A stretch of DNA of 64,000 nucleotides from Thermoplasmata archaeon (GTDB taxonomy: Archaea; Thermoplasmatota; Thermoplasmata; Lutacidiplasmatales; UBA184), in assembly GCA_027314165.1 (NCBI GenBank), contig DAHVCH010000011.1:1990-65989 (forward strand). The letters are read 5' to 3'. Position numbers and translations under genes: made by a program. The notes under the pieces are model-generated. The model was given only the letters and a program-made list of their open reading frames with translations, did not search any database and had not been told where the DNA came from. Below are positions 29,784 through 40,662 of this stretch, in pieces; the stretch's first letter is position 1, and each line of letters starts with the position of its first letter.

Positions 29784-29819
29784 TCGGGGGAGGGGAGCGG
29801 AACGCTCCCCTCCCCTCGA
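29784..29819 (+). terminator. Strong GC hairpin after gdh (terminator or stability element)
   Basis: GGGGAGGGGAGCG-GAA-CGCTCCCCTCCCC, a 13-bp perfect stem followed by a pyrimidine-rich tract. Confidence 0.55.
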
Positions 29820-29875
29820 ACCCTTTCTCCCCGCCCTTCGCCTGGGCTTCATGAGCTCCGGCGTCTCATCCTTCC

Positions 29876-30979
29876 ATGTCCGAAAGCTCGCTTGAGCGCC
29901 GCGTGTCCCGGCACCTGCTGAAGAACTACCTCCGGGTCCGCCGGGGCGAGAACCTGCTCGTCGAGACGTGGAACCACTCGCTGGAGATGGTCTCGGCCCT
30001 CGTGGACGAGGCGCGCAAGCTGGGCGTCCGAACGATGGTGGTGCTGGAGGACGAGCGCGCTTTCTGGTCCGCGATGGACCGCAAGCAAGGGAAGCTCCTG
30101 GGGGAGTCGAGCGACCCGGAGTGGGCCGCCCTCTCGAAGGCCGACGCCTACGTCTTCTTCTGGGGCCCGGAGGACCGACCCCGGGGGGAGCGGTACGGCG
30201 ACGCCCTCTGGGGCCAAGCGCTCGCCTACAACCCCCGCTGGTACGCGGAAGCCCGCGCGGCCGGGCTCCGCGGGGTCCGGATCGAGGCCGCGCGCGCCAC
30301 CGACCCCGTCGCCCGCTCCCTGGGGGTCAACGGCAAGCTCTGGCGGAAGCAGCTGCTGGAAGGGTCCCTCGCCGACCCGCGGTCCATGGCGGCGGCGGGA
30401 GCTCGGCTCGCGCGCCAGTTGAAAGGCGCCCGCGAGCTCCGCCTGACGCACCGCAACGGCACCGACCTCGAGCTCAAGCTCGGGGGGACGAAGCCCCAGA
30501 TCTTCACCGGACTGCCGGAGGGGCCGAAGGCGGGCCCGCGGTTCCGCCTCATGGCCACCGCCCCCACCGGAGCGTTCTACACCACCCTCGACGGCCAGGT
30601 CGCGGAGGGCCGCATCGTGGCCAACCGCACGAGCTACGTGGACAACGAGTCGCCGGAAGCCGTGGGCACTTGGACGTTCAAGGGCGGACGGCTCGTCTCC
30701 CGGACCTTCCGCTCCGGCAAGGCGGACTTCGAGCGCCGGTACGCCAAGGGATCGAAGGGGAAGGACCGCCCGAGCCTCCTCGCGATCGGCCTGAACGACA
30801 AGCTGGGCGAGGTCCCGAACATGGAGGACTCCGAAGCGGGGGCCGTCATGGTCGGGGTGGGGGGCAACCGCCCCTGGGGAGGGTCGAACCCCTCCTCGTT
30901 CGTGGGATGGGCCGCGCTCCAGGGCGCGGAGCTCACCGTTGACGGCAAGGCCGTCGTCCGAGGGGGCAGGGTCCTCTAG
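29876..30979 (+). CDS. Peptidase M29 (aminopeptidase T)-like protein with apparently degenerate metal site
   Basis: M29-like layout (GTDLEL, AIGLN, GGNRPWGG, LTVDGKAVVRGG). Confidence 0.7.
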   Translation: MSESSLERRVSRHLLKNYLRVRRGENLLVETWNHSLEMVSALVDEARKLGVRTMVVLEDERAFWSAMDRKQGKLLGESSDPEWAALSKADAYVFFWGPEDRPRGERYGDALWGQALAYNPRWYAEARAAGLRGVRIEAARATDPVARSLGVNGKLWRKQLLEGSLADPRSMAAAGARLARQLKGARELRLTHRNGTDLELKLGGTKPQIFTGLPEGPKAGPRFRLMATAPTGAFYTTLDGQVAEGRIVANRTSYVDNESPEAVGTWTFKGGRLVSRTFRSGKADFERRYAKGSKGKDRPSLLAIGLNDKLGEVPNMEDSEAGAVMVGVGGNRPWGGSNPSSFVGWAALQGAELTVDGKAVVRGGRVL

Positions 30980-31115
30980 TCTCCTCCCACGGAAACGGAA
31001 GAGGGGAAGGGAAGGCCCGACCGCCGCTCGCTCCCAGCCCGGGGGCGGGCCGGTCGGCCCTTCGCCCCGCCCTCGAGAAGCAATCTTCAAGTCCAGCGGG
31101 ACCCCCCCGGGCCCC

Positions 31116-31721
31116 GTGGACTACCCTCCCTGCCGCGTCGTCCCCTGGTCGGAGATCGATCGGTGGTCCGACCTGCTCGCCGAGAAGATCCGCGCGGCCC
31201 ACCACGAGCCGGAGGTCATCGTCGGCCTGACCCGGGGCGGCTGGGTCCCCTCGCGCATGCTGGCCGACAGGCTGGGAACGAAGCACCTGGCGGCGCTCCG
31301 CGCCCAGCACTGGGGGGTCACCGCGACCCCCTCCGGCAAGGCCGAGATCACGGAGGGGCTGAACGGGCGGCTCGACGGGAAGAAGGTCCTGGTCGTCGAC
31401 GACATCACCGACACGGGGCAGAGCCTCCAGCTCGCGGTCCGCCACGTCGCGGAGCGCGGCCCGGTGCAGGTGGAGAGCGCGACCTACCTCCACATCTCCC
31501 ACTCGACCTACGTCCCCACCTACTACGCCGAGGAGGTGCCCCGGGAATCCTGGCGGTGGTTCGTCTTCCCGTGGAACTACTGGGAGGACCTGCGCACCCT
31601 CGCCCGGACCGCGCGGGGGGACCACGATGCGGGGGCCGAGAAGGTCCTCGAAGTGCTGAAGGAACGCTGCGACCTGAACGTCCCGCTCGACCACGTCCGA
31701 AGGGCGCTCGAGCCCCACTGA
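31116..31721 (+). CDS. Purine-type phosphoribosyltransferase
   Basis: GLTRGG, VLVVDDITDTGQS and WFVFPW motifs; GTG start. Confidence 0.88.
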   Translation: MDYPPCRVVPWSEIDRWSDLLAEKIRAAHHEPEVIVGLTRGGWVPSRMLADRLGTKHLAALRAQHWGVTATPSGKAEITEGLNGRLDGKKVLVVDDITDTGQSLQLAVRHVAERGPVQVESATYLHISHSTYVPTYYAEEVPRESWRWFVFPWNYWEDLRTLARTARGDHDAGAEKVLEVLKERCDLNVPLDHVRRALEPH

Positions 31722-31737
31722 CCACCGAGGGAGCCCA

Positions 31738-33012
31738 GTGGTCCGTCTCCTCCCGGTGCGCGCGTGGCATCCTGCCGCCCACGCGGCGGGATCCTCGGGC
31801 CTCGTCGCTCCGGTCTACGACACGTTGGGCCCGGAGGACCACCGCCGCTTCGACGCGCTGCCCCACAACGCCGCCACGTTCACCTCGCGCCCGAGCGACC
31901 TATCGGTGGAGGCTTTCCTGGAGGAGGCGAAGCGGCGGCTCGACGAGGCGCTCGCGGCCCGGGCCTACGTCCAGGACGACGCTCCCGCGCTCTACGTCTA
32001 CGCGATCCGCTACCGTCCACCGCCCGAGATCGTCGAGACGCTCCCGGAGGACCGTCGGAGAGCGGAGTACCTCCTCCTGGGGCTCGTGGGAAGCCTTCCG
32101 GAGGACGACCTGAACTCCGCGGAGATCGCCCTCCACGAGCGGACCTTCTCCGACCGGGTCGAGGAGCGCGTGCGGCTCACCGAGACCACCCACATGAGCT
32201 TCGCCCCGATCATGGCCGGGTACGCTTCCGGGTCCCACGAGATCAACGACCTCCTGGAGCGCTACCTCGGGATCGACCGCCGCAAGCTCTCCTTCCAGGG
32301 CACCCTCCCCCCGCTCGTCGAGGCGAAACTGGACGGCGCCGAGCACCGGCTGTGGCGCCTGGACGACGAGGGGGTCGCGAAGAAGGTCCAGGACCTCCTC
32401 CGGACCCAGCGCATCCTCATCCTGGATGGCCACCACCGTTTCACCGCGGCCCGCCGGATGCGGGAGAAGGGGAGCCCCGTTCGTCCTCTGACGATGCTCG
32501 TGGAAGCGCACGACAAGGCGCTCCTCCTGCTGCCGTGGCACCGGGTGCTCTCCCCCTCACAGCTCACCTACGAGACGTTCCTAGAGAAGGCGCGGGCGTC
32601 CTTCGTCTCCCTGGAGGAGCTCCCCCCGGAGCTCGCTGTCGCGGACGCGGTCCGCGCGGTCCAGGGGCTGCGAGGAGGGGGGCACCGGGGCTTCCTGGCG
32701 CTGGGGCCCAAGCGGGCGACCCTGGTCCGGGGACCGGACGGCAGCGAAGAGGGTCAGGACTTCGAGCTGCTCCACCGCTTCCTCGAGGGGGAGCTTCGCC
32801 TGGACCCTTCCCGGTTCAGCTTCGTGCGTTCCCCGAGACAGGCGCTGGCCCAGGTGCGGCGTGAGGGAGGGGTCGGCTTCCTGCTCCCGCCGCTCTCCTT
32901 CCGCGGCGTGGAGGCGGAGGCGTTCGCTCACCGGGTGATGGCCCAGAAGTCGACGATGTTCCTCCCGAAGGTCGCCGAAGGGCTCGTCTTCGCCCCGGCC
33001 CGTGCCGGATAA
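31738..33012 (+). CDS. DUF1015 family protein
   Basis: PVYD, LHERT, ILDGHHR and QKSTMFLPK motifs. Confidence 0.82.
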   Translation: MVRLLPVRAWHPAAHAAGSSGLVAPVYDTLGPEDHRRFDALPHNAATFTSRPSDLSVEAFLEEAKRRLDEALAARAYVQDDAPALYVYAIRYRPPPEIVETLPEDRRRAEYLLLGLVGSLPEDDLNSAEIALHERTFSDRVEERVRLTETTHMSFAPIMAGYASGSHEINDLLERYLGIDRRKLSFQGTLPPLVEAKLDGAEHRLWRLDDEGVAKKVQDLLRTQRILILDGHHRFTAARRMREKGSPVRPLTMLVEAHDKALLLLPWHRVLSPSQLTYETFLEKARASFVSLEELPPELAVADAVRAVQGLRGGGHRGFLALGPKRATLVRGPDGSEEGQDFELLHRFLEGELRLDPSRFSFVRSPRQALAQVRREGGVGFLLPPLSFRGVEAEAFAHRVMAQKSTMFLPKVAEGLVFAPARAG

Positions 33013-33062
33013 GGTCGGGGCGCGACGGACGGGACCGACGGGACGGAAGCGGCGGCGCCGAC

Positions 33063-34175
33063 CTACCCGGTGCTCGGCCGTACGCCCTTGGTCGCGAGGG
33101 CCGCCGAGGTGCGGAGGTACTGGCGCAGGGTCTCGGCGAGCCCGCCCGTGAGGATCCCGAGGGCCACGCCGACGAGCGAGACGACCAGCACCGAGGCGGA
33201 GGCCGGGAAGAAGATGGCCCGGAAGAGGAAGATCAGGCTGTAGCCTTCGATGCTGGCGGCCGTGAAGGAGACCAGCGCGACCCACACGGACGCGGGGATC
33301 CGGCTCCGCGCGAGCAGCCAGCGGATCGCACGTCCACCCTCGAAGGCCACCGCGGCCCCGATCCACCAGGCGAGCGCCGTCGCGAGGAAGTCCAGGAAGT
33401 GGGCGAGCGGGTTCGGGTTTGTTTCGGCCGACCACGCGTCGCTGCCCAGGAGGAACCCCAGCAGCACGAGGGAGAGCGAGAGGATCCCGAAGAACACGGC
33501 GACGGACCCGCGGCGGAGGTCCGAGCCGAAGGACTGCACCTGGGCGACGATCCACTCGTCGACCTCGAAGGTCCAGAGGAAGAGGTAGAACCCCAGGAGG
33601 AACATCAGGACGACAAGCCCGATGCCCCAGAGCTGGACCCCGAAGAAGGTCTGGAGCGAAAGGACGATCCCGAGGAAGATCAGGAACGAGGCGAGCGGCA
33701 GGACCGTCTTCGTCCGCAGCTTCTGGTCCTTGAGCGCCCGGACCAGGGTCATGTAGGTGCCCTGCAACGTCGCGCTCTGCCGGATGTAGACGCGGCGGAC
33801 CGAGTCCACCTTCGCCCGGGACTGGATGATGGGGTAGAGGAACTCGTCCTCCGCTCCGTCCGAGACCAGGTGCACCGCATCGACCTTGATCTTCGAGAGG
33901 ACCTCGTCGAACTGGGAGGAGACCTTCCGGTCGGAGATCGTCCCCACGCGGCCGTCCCCGGTGAGGACGAGCGCCTCGACCTCCTCGCCGGTGGCCCGGA
34001 GCTCGTCCAGGAGGTTCACCGCGGCCAGCATGGCGTTGGTGTCGGAGTCCTCCGGGTCGGCGACGCCCAGCTTGAGCGCGGCGTCGAGCACCGCCTCCCG
34101 GCCGAGGACGGGCCCATGGATGCCGGCCTTGCGGCCGAGGTCGTCGTCCCGGTCAACACAGATGACGAGGCGCAT
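33063..34175 (-). CDS. DUF373 family archaeal membrane protein
   Basis: MRLVICVDRDDDLGRK, DPEDSD and SDGAEDE motifs; C-terminal TMs. Confidence 0.88.
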   Translation of the reverse strand: MRLVICVDRDDDLGRKAGIHGPVLGREAVLDAALKLGVADPEDSDTNAMLAAVNLLDELRATGEEVEALVLTGDGRVGTISDRKVSSQFDEVLSKIKVDAVHLVSDGAEDEFLYPIIQSRAKVDSVRRVYIRQSATLQGTYMTLVRALKDQKLRTKTVLPLASFLIFLGIVLSLQTFFGVQLWGIGLVVLMFLLGFYLFLWTFEVDEWIVAQVQSFGSDLRRGSVAVFFGILSLSLVLLGFLLGSDAWSAETNPNPLAHFLDFLATALAWWIGAAVAFEGGRAIRWLLARSRIPASVWVALVSFTAASIEGYSLIFLFRAIFFPASASVLVVSLVGVALGILTGGLAETLRQYLRTSAALATKGVRPSTG

Positions 34176-34378
34176 GGGCAAGAGGCATCCACGGTCGACG
34201 GACCAGATATACCCTCGGTCTACCGAAGAGCCACAAAACACTCCGTAGGCAGGTTTTGGGCGTGGCCAGGAGGCCGCGTGGGGAGGGGCCGTTCCGCGGT
34301 CCCGCGGGCCCTCCCGCCGGCCCCGCGGGGCGGCGATAACCATTATCGTCCGGACCGTTGCGGGGAATCCCCACGACC

Positions 34379-35809
34379 ATGTCCGAGCTCCCGAAGAAGA
34401 GCACCGCCTTCTTCGAGTGGTACAACGAGGTCCTCGAGCGCACGCAGGTCACGGACAAGCGGTACCCGGTCAAGGGGCTCAACGTCTGGCCCCCGTTCGG
34501 CCTCAGCATCCGCTCCAACTTCGACCGCACGCTACGTTCGGCGGTCGAGGCGATCGGCTACCAGGAGGTCTCCTTCCCGACGCTGATCCCCGAGACGGAG
34601 CTCAAGAAGGAGAGCGAGCACATCAAGGGGTTCGAGGCCGAGGTCTACTGGGTCACCAAGGGCGGGGCCACTCCGCTCGACATCAACCTCTGCCTGCGCC
34701 CGACGAGCGAGACCGCGATGTACCCGATGTTCGCGCTCTGGGTCCGCTCCCACAAGGACCTGCCGCTCCGGATCTTCCAGATCTGCAACGTCTTCCGGTA
34801 CGAGACGAAGTCCACGCGCCCGCTCATCCGCATCCGGGAGATCCACTTCTACGAGGGGCACACGGTCCACCCGACCGAGGAGAGCGCCACCCGGCAGGTC
34901 CAGGAGGACCTGGGATCCTTCGCCGAGATCGCCCGGGCCTTCGCGCTCCCCTACCTCATCAACAAGCGCCCGGACTGGGACAAGTTCCCCGGCGCCCACT
35001 ACTCGCTCGCGCTCGACATCCCCTTCGGCGACGGGCGGACGCTGCAGGTGGGCACGGTCCACCACTACCGCGACAACTTCGCCCGCCCCTACGGGATCCA
35101 GTACGAGACCGAGGACGGAGGGGCCGCCTTCGGGCACCAGACCACCTACGGGATCTCCGAGCGGCTGATCGGAGGCGTCATCGGGGTCCACGGCGACGAC
35201 AAGGGGCTCGTGCTCCCCCCGGCGCTGGCCCCAACGCAGGTCGTCGTCATCCCCGTCATCGGCAAGGGCTCCAAGGAGGCCGTCGAAGGCGCGGCGAAGG
35301 AGATCTCCGCCTCGCTCTCGGCGAGCGGGTTCCGGACCAAGGTCGACCTGTCGGAGGACCGCCCCGGGGCCAAGTACTACGCCTGGGAGAGCCGGGGGGT
35401 GCCCCTGCGGGTCGAGCTCGGACCCCGCGAGGTCGAGGAGAGAGCCGCCACGCTGGCCGACCGGTTCGGTCGGAAGCGCAAGGTGGCCCGCTCCGACCTG
35501 GTGGAGGAGGTGCGGAAGGAGCTCGACGCCTTCCACGCCACGCTCTCCGAGAAGGCGACGGCACGTTTCCGCGAGCAGATCGGCGTCGCCTCCACCCTCG
35601 CGGAGCTCAAGGGAGCCCGCTCGGTCCACCTCCTCGGCTGGTGCGGGAAGGAAGAGTGCGGGCACCAGATCGAGGCGGGCGTGGAAGGCGGGCTCCTGGG
35701 GACCGTCGAGGCCAGCTCCCCGGAGGGCATCCTCCCCGGTGAAGTTCCCCCCTGCATCGTGTGCAAGGGGACCCCGAGCCGTTGGTCCGCCGCGGGCCGC
35801 CCGCTCTGA
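34379..35809 (+). CDS. proS: Proline--tRNA ligase, archaeal/eukaryotic type
   Basis: LRPTSET, FRYETKSTRPLIRIREI and HGDDKGLVLPP motifs. Confidence 0.95.
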   Translation: MSELPKKSTAFFEWYNEVLERTQVTDKRYPVKGLNVWPPFGLSIRSNFDRTLRSAVEAIGYQEVSFPTLIPETELKKESEHIKGFEAEVYWVTKGGATPLDINLCLRPTSETAMYPMFALWVRSHKDLPLRIFQICNVFRYETKSTRPLIRIREIHFYEGHTVHPTEESATRQVQEDLGSFAEIARAFALPYLINKRPDWDKFPGAHYSLALDIPFGDGRTLQVGTVHHYRDNFARPYGIQYETEDGGAAFGHQTTYGISERLIGGVIGVHGDDKGLVLPPALAPTQVVVIPVIGKGSKEAVEGAAKEISASLSASGFRTKVDLSEDRPGAKYYAWESRGVPLRVELGPREVEERAATLADRFGRKRKVARSDLVEEVRKELDAFHATLSEKATARFREQIGVASTLAELKGARSVHLLGWCGKEECGHQIEAGVEGGLLGTVEASSPEGILPGEVPPCIVCKGTPSRWSAAGRPL

Positions 35810-35905
35810 GGCCCGAACCCTACTCCGACCCCATCTCGGCCGACCCGGTCCCGGTGGCCTTCGATGGCCCGCGACCCGGTCCGGGGGGGCTGCAGCCGCC
35901 GGCCT

Positions 35906-36202
35906 TCAGGGCGCCGGAAGAGCGCGGCGCTTGGGGGGGAGGGTGAGCCACATCCCCGCGAGACCGAAGCCGGCGAGGGTGATCACCATCGCGTAGATCC
36001 CGTTGTCGATCCAGACGCCGAAGGAGATGCCCCACCAGAGGTAGAAGGCGAGGGCGAGCCCGACCAGGGCCCCGAACAGACCGAACCCCATCTGGCGTGC
36101 GGAGGGGAGCGAGAAAGAGCGCTTCGGCCGGGCGGAGCGGCCCTTGGACCGGGGCCCCTTCTTCCCGGGGCTTTCGGCTGCCTTGGGCTCCTCGTCGGCC
36201 AT
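35906..36202 (-). CDS. Small two-TM membrane protein
   Basis: Basic N-terminus followed by two hydrophobic helices. Confidence 0.6.
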   Translation of the reverse strand: MADEEPKAAESPGKKGPRSKGRSARPKRSFSLPSARQMGFGLFGALVGLALAFYLWWGISFGVWIDNGIYAMVITLAGFGLAGMWLTLPPKRRALPAP

Positions 36203-36370
36203 GGGGGTCGTGGGCCACGTACCCACCCCATCTTAAGCCTTGACGGGGAGGCGAGGGCGCCGGGGAGGACCGGAGCGGCGCGCTTCGCCCCCCCGGGGGC
36301 CGGGTCGGGAGGGGGCTGGCCGCGGGCAAGGGCGTTGGCCCGTGAGCGTAGTTTCTTGTGGGGCTAGGAG

Positions 36371-38005
36371 ATGCATCCTCTCGTGGCGACCCCGGAACCC
36401 CGGAGCACCCCCTGGGATCGCACGAGCCTCCCGCTGGAGCGCCTCTCGGAAGAGGAGAGGCGCGTGCTCGCCTACGCCAGCGCCATCGGCAAGGAGTTCG
36501 ACTTCGCCCTGCTGAGGAGCGCGACCGGCCTCTCCGAAGAGCCCCTCGCGGAGCTCCTGGAGCACCTGGTCCACCAGGGGCTCCTCCGGGAGCACCCCGG
36601 GGGAGAGCGGTTCAGCTTCGTCCAGGAGGACGTCCGGATGCGGCTCTACCGGGAGATGACGGAGAGCCGGGTGAGGGTCCTCCACCGGAAGATCGGGGAC
36701 GCCTACGAACAGCTCTACCCCGACCCCCCCGCCGAGATCCTCCCCGAACTGGGGCGGCACTACTTCCTGGGCCGGGTCCACGACCGGTCCTATCGCTACA
36801 ACCGGCGCTCGGCGAGCCTCGCGCGCGAGGCGCTCGCCCCGGAGATCGCCGCGCACCACCTGGAACGGGCGAGAGCGGACCTGAAGGAGCTCCCCGGCGA
36901 CCACCGGGAGGACGAGGCCGGGCTCCTGCTGGAGCTGGGCGAGCTCTACAGCCTGCTGAACGAGGACCTGAAGGCCGACCGCCTCTACGTCGAGGCGCTC
37001 GAGCTCGTCCCGCCGCAGAAGACCGTGCTTCGCGCCTTGATCCTCCTCGCCCGCGCGGACGTCGCCCGGAACCAAGCGCAGGGCGACCGGGGCCGGGAGC
37101 TGTGCGCGGACTCGCTCCGGCTGCTGGAGAAGGAGGGCCACCGTCGCGGCCTCGCCCGGGTCCACCGCCTGCTCGGCCGGATCGCCTCCCTCGAGGGGAA
37201 CACGCGCTCCGCGATCGAGGAGGGGGAGCGGTCGCTCGAGCTCTTGGACCCGAAGGACGACGCCCGCGAGATCGCCCGGTGCTACGTCGATCTGGGGAAC
37301 GCCTTCTCGGCCTCCGCGGAGCCCTCGAGCATCAGCAAAGCCGTGGAGTACTACCGGAACGCGCTGGAGATGGTGGAGAAGCTGGGCGACTGGCACGAAG
37401 CCTCCCGCGCGTGCAACAACCTGGCCGTTGCGGTGGGCACGGACGACCCGAAGGCAGGCGTCTCCTGGCTCGAGAAGGGCCGCACGTTCGCCGAGCGGGC
37501 GCACGACCGCCGGATGGTCGGCTGGACGCTCTTCAACGCGGTGGAGTTCCGGCTGACCCTGGGTCAACTGGACGAGGCGGAGCGCGACAACCGGGAGGCC
37601 CGCCGGGTGCTCGAGCGGCTCCAGGACCCGATCGCTCTCCAGCAGATCGCGATGAACGACGGCCTGCTGGCCATCCGTCGCGGCCGGTTCGGGGAGGCGG
37701 AGGCCGCCTTCCAGCGCTCCCTCCGGCTCGCCGAGGACATGGGGTATCCGCCCCAGATCTCGGAGATGCACCTTCGCCTGGCGCTGCTTTACGACGCTTG
37801 GGGCGACCCCGAGCGGGCCGCGCTGGAGCTCCCGCGCGCGGAGGGGCTGAACGTCGACTCCTACGCGGTGTCCCTGGTCAAGGCCCATCGGGAGCTCCGG
37901 GAGAAGCTCCACGTGGACGGGGGCGGTGGAGAGAGGGGACCCTCCGAGCCGAACGAGCGCCTTCCGGCAACGGGCGACGGGGGCGGCGCGGGTCCTGAGC
38001 ACTAG
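36371..38005 (+). CDS. Winged-helix + TPR protein (C-terminal half of a STAND-type protein, no ATPase)
   Basis: VLAYASAIGKEFDFALL, FSFVQEDVR and LHRKIG, then TPR-like repeats (NNLAVA). Confidence 0.82.
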   Translation: MHPLVATPEPRSTPWDRTSLPLERLSEEERRVLAYASAIGKEFDFALLRSATGLSEEPLAELLEHLVHQGLLREHPGGERFSFVQEDVRMRLYREMTESRVRVLHRKIGDAYEQLYPDPPAEILPELGRHYFLGRVHDRSYRYNRRSASLAREALAPEIAAHHLERARADLKELPGDHREDEAGLLLELGELYSLLNEDLKADRLYVEALELVPPQKTVLRALILLARADVARNQAQGDRGRELCADSLRLLEKEGHRRGLARVHRLLGRIASLEGNTRSAIEEGERSLELLDPKDDAREIARCYVDLGNAFSASAEPSSISKAVEYYRNALEMVEKLGDWHEASRACNNLAVAVGTDDPKAGVSWLEKGRTFAERAHDRRMVGWTLFNAVEFRLTLGQLDEAERDNREARRVLERLQDPIALQQIAMNDGLLAIRRGRFGEAEAAFQRSLRLAEDMGYPPQISEMHLRLALLYDAWGDPERAALELPRAEGLNVDSYAVSLVKAHRELREKLHVDGGGGERGPSEPNERLPATGDGGGAGPEH

Positions 38006-38107
38006 CGGACCCGGGGCCTGTTCGTCCGGCCGTCCACCCACCCAGGCGACCCCCACTCTGGCCTGGGTCGCCTCCCCCATTATACGGCCCGTCCCGTTCC
38101 CGCCTCC

Positions 38108-40602
38108 GTGGCCGTCGCGCGCCGCAGCTCGAACCCCTCGGTCGCTCACCCGTTCATCGGACGGGGGGAGGTCCTCGAGGCCCTCCGCCGGGCCCTGGCG
38201 AGCCTCCGGGGAGGGAACGGGACCGCCGTCCTCATCCTCGGTGACGCGGGCGTCGGCAAGAGCACGCTCGTCGGCTCCATCACGGAGGCGGCCCGCCGGG
38301 ACGGATGCGTCGTCCTCGAGGGGAGGGCCCTCCCGCGCGACCTTCCGCAGCCGTTCGAACCGCTGAAGGAGGCCATGCGGGGGCTCACGCCCGCCCTCCT
38401 CCACGGTAGCGATGGCGGGGAGAGCGGGCTCCGCGGGATCTGGGTCCCCGAGCGCCCCTCGCCCCCGTCGCTCCTCCCCCTGGGCTTCATGGCCTGGCGC
38501 GAGGCGGGCCCGAGCCCGTCGGAGCGGCCGGAGGAGGAGGCCGGGCCGGACCGGATCTGGGGCACCATCGACCGCGCCTCCGGCGGCGTGGAGGAGGACC
38601 GGCTCGTGCTCTTCGACCGCTTGTACCAGGCGCTCGCGACCGTCTCCCGTCGCCAGCCGGTGCTGCTGGTGCTCGAGGACATCCACCTGGCCGACCGGCC
38701 GACGCTGGAGTTCGTGCAGTACCTCACCCGCCAGTCCCCGGAGCACGCGGTGGGCCTCATCCTGACCTCGGCACCGCTGGACACGCTCGCCCCGGAGGTC
38801 CGGGACCTGTTGGGGCCCCTGGAGCGGGAGGGCCACGTGGAGTCCCATACCCTGCGTCCCCTGAACGTGGAGGAGGTGAGCGACTACCTCCGATGGCTCA
38901 ACGCGGGCGCGGTGCCGGAGGCGGACACGGTCACCCGGCTCTACGCGGAGAGCGAGGGGAACCCGCTCTTCCTCGAGCGGCTCGCGATGGGGGAACGAGG
39001 AGGGCTGGGCGCGGGTCCCGGACGCGCGGGGCAGCGGGGCAGGAAGGGGGGCAGGATGAGCCCTCCTCCGCCGGAGGACCGGCCTCCGAGACCCCGGAGC
39101 GGACGGACGAGGTCGGTCGCAAGCTCCTCGCCTACGGCGCCGTCCTGGGGACCGAGTTCCCGTTCGCGGCCATCGCGCGCGTCTCGGAGGCCGACGAGGA
39201 GACCGTGGCCCGGTCGCTCGAACGGCTGGTCCGCGCGAAGGTCCTGGAGGAGCGGCCGGGCGAGGTCTACGCCTTCCGCACCGCCGCCCAGCGCGAGGAG
39301 GTCCTCTCGTCGCTCACGGAGACCCGGAAGCGGCGGCTCCACCGCCGGTTGGCGGAGGTCGTGGAGGTGCTCGGACCGGACGCCCAGGGCGAGGAGCTCT
39401 GGGTGAAAGAGCTCTCCCTCCACTTCCATCTGGGCGGGCAGGACCTCCGCTCCTTCGAGTACAACTGCCGCCTGTTCGAGCTCACCCGGCACGCCGGTCG
39501 GATCGGCGAGGCCCGCGAGGCGCTCGAGCGTGCGCTCGAGGCCATCCGCCGGCTCCCTCCGGAGCAGAAGGCTCCCCGGGAGCAGGAGCGCGAGGTCCTC
39601 CTTCGGCTCGGAGAGGTGCTGGCCGAGGCGGGAGAGCTCCGCCGGTCCGAGGAGCGCCTCATGGAGGCCTTCACCATGTTCCTGCCGAACGAGCCCCACG
39701 AGGTGATCCAGCTCGCGATCGCCCGCACCCACATGCACCAGGGGAGGATCCTGGAGGCGCGGCGACGCGTTCGCGCGCTCGCCCCGGCCCCCCACGATAC
39801 CTCTCCCCCCTCGAGCGCGGTGGAGGCGGCCGGCCTGCTCGCGGAGGCGGCGATCGCGATGGGGGAACTGGACGAGGGGCTCTCCTGGGCCCGCCGCGCG
39901 CTCCACTTCGCCGAGGGGCTGCCGGACCACGGGCTGCTGGGAGACTCCTGCCGCCGGCTCGGCGAGTACTACCTCCACGAGCTCGACGAGGCGGAGCGGG
40001 CCCGGGCCCTGTTCCAGAGGGCCCTCCGGCTCTTCGAGGAGGAGGGGGACGACCTGCGCCGGGTCCGCCTGGAGCTCCCTCTGGCCGAGCTCGAGTTCCT
40101 GCGCGGCCGCACGGAGGAAGGGTTCCGCAGGCTGGGCACCGTGGCCCGATGGGGCGAGGAGCGGGGGGCCCACCTCCTCCACGCTCAGGCGCTCCTCCGA
40201 GAGAGCCATCACGCCCTCACCACCGGAGAGCTGGAGCGGTCGGAGAGGTCGCTCGCGAAGGCGCGCGGGCTCGTGCCCCCGGAGAACGGTCCCAGCTTCG
40301 AAGTGCACTACGCCCTCCTGGACGGACGCCACGCCCACCGGCGCGGCGACCACGCCCGGGCCCGGACCCACCTCGCCCGCGCGGAGGAGCTCGCCCGGAC
40401 GGGAGGGCACACCGGCTACCTCGTCGAGGTCCTCCTGGCGCGGGCCGAGGCGGAGATCGCCCGGGGCGACCTTGCGCAGGCGCGGAGGTCGCTCGACGAG
40501 GCCCATCAGCTAGGGGTGCCCCGGCACGACCAGCGGGTCCGCTGGACGGAGCTCTCCCACGCCGCCCCTCCCCAGGAAGGGAGCGAGGAGCCCAAGGGCT
40601 GA
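38108..40602 (+). CDS. STAND/AAA_16 ATPase + wH + TPR, interrupted by a frame change near 39000-39110
   Basis: Frame of 38108: FIGR, GDAGVGKS, LEDIHLAD, SEGNPLFL. Frame of 38893: LLAYGAVLGTEF, LHRRLA, TPRs. Confidence 0.75.
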
Positions 40603-40662
40603 GGCGGCCGGCCCCGGGGGGGCCCGCGGTGCCCTTTTGCCTTCCGTCCCCTGCCGGGTCCG

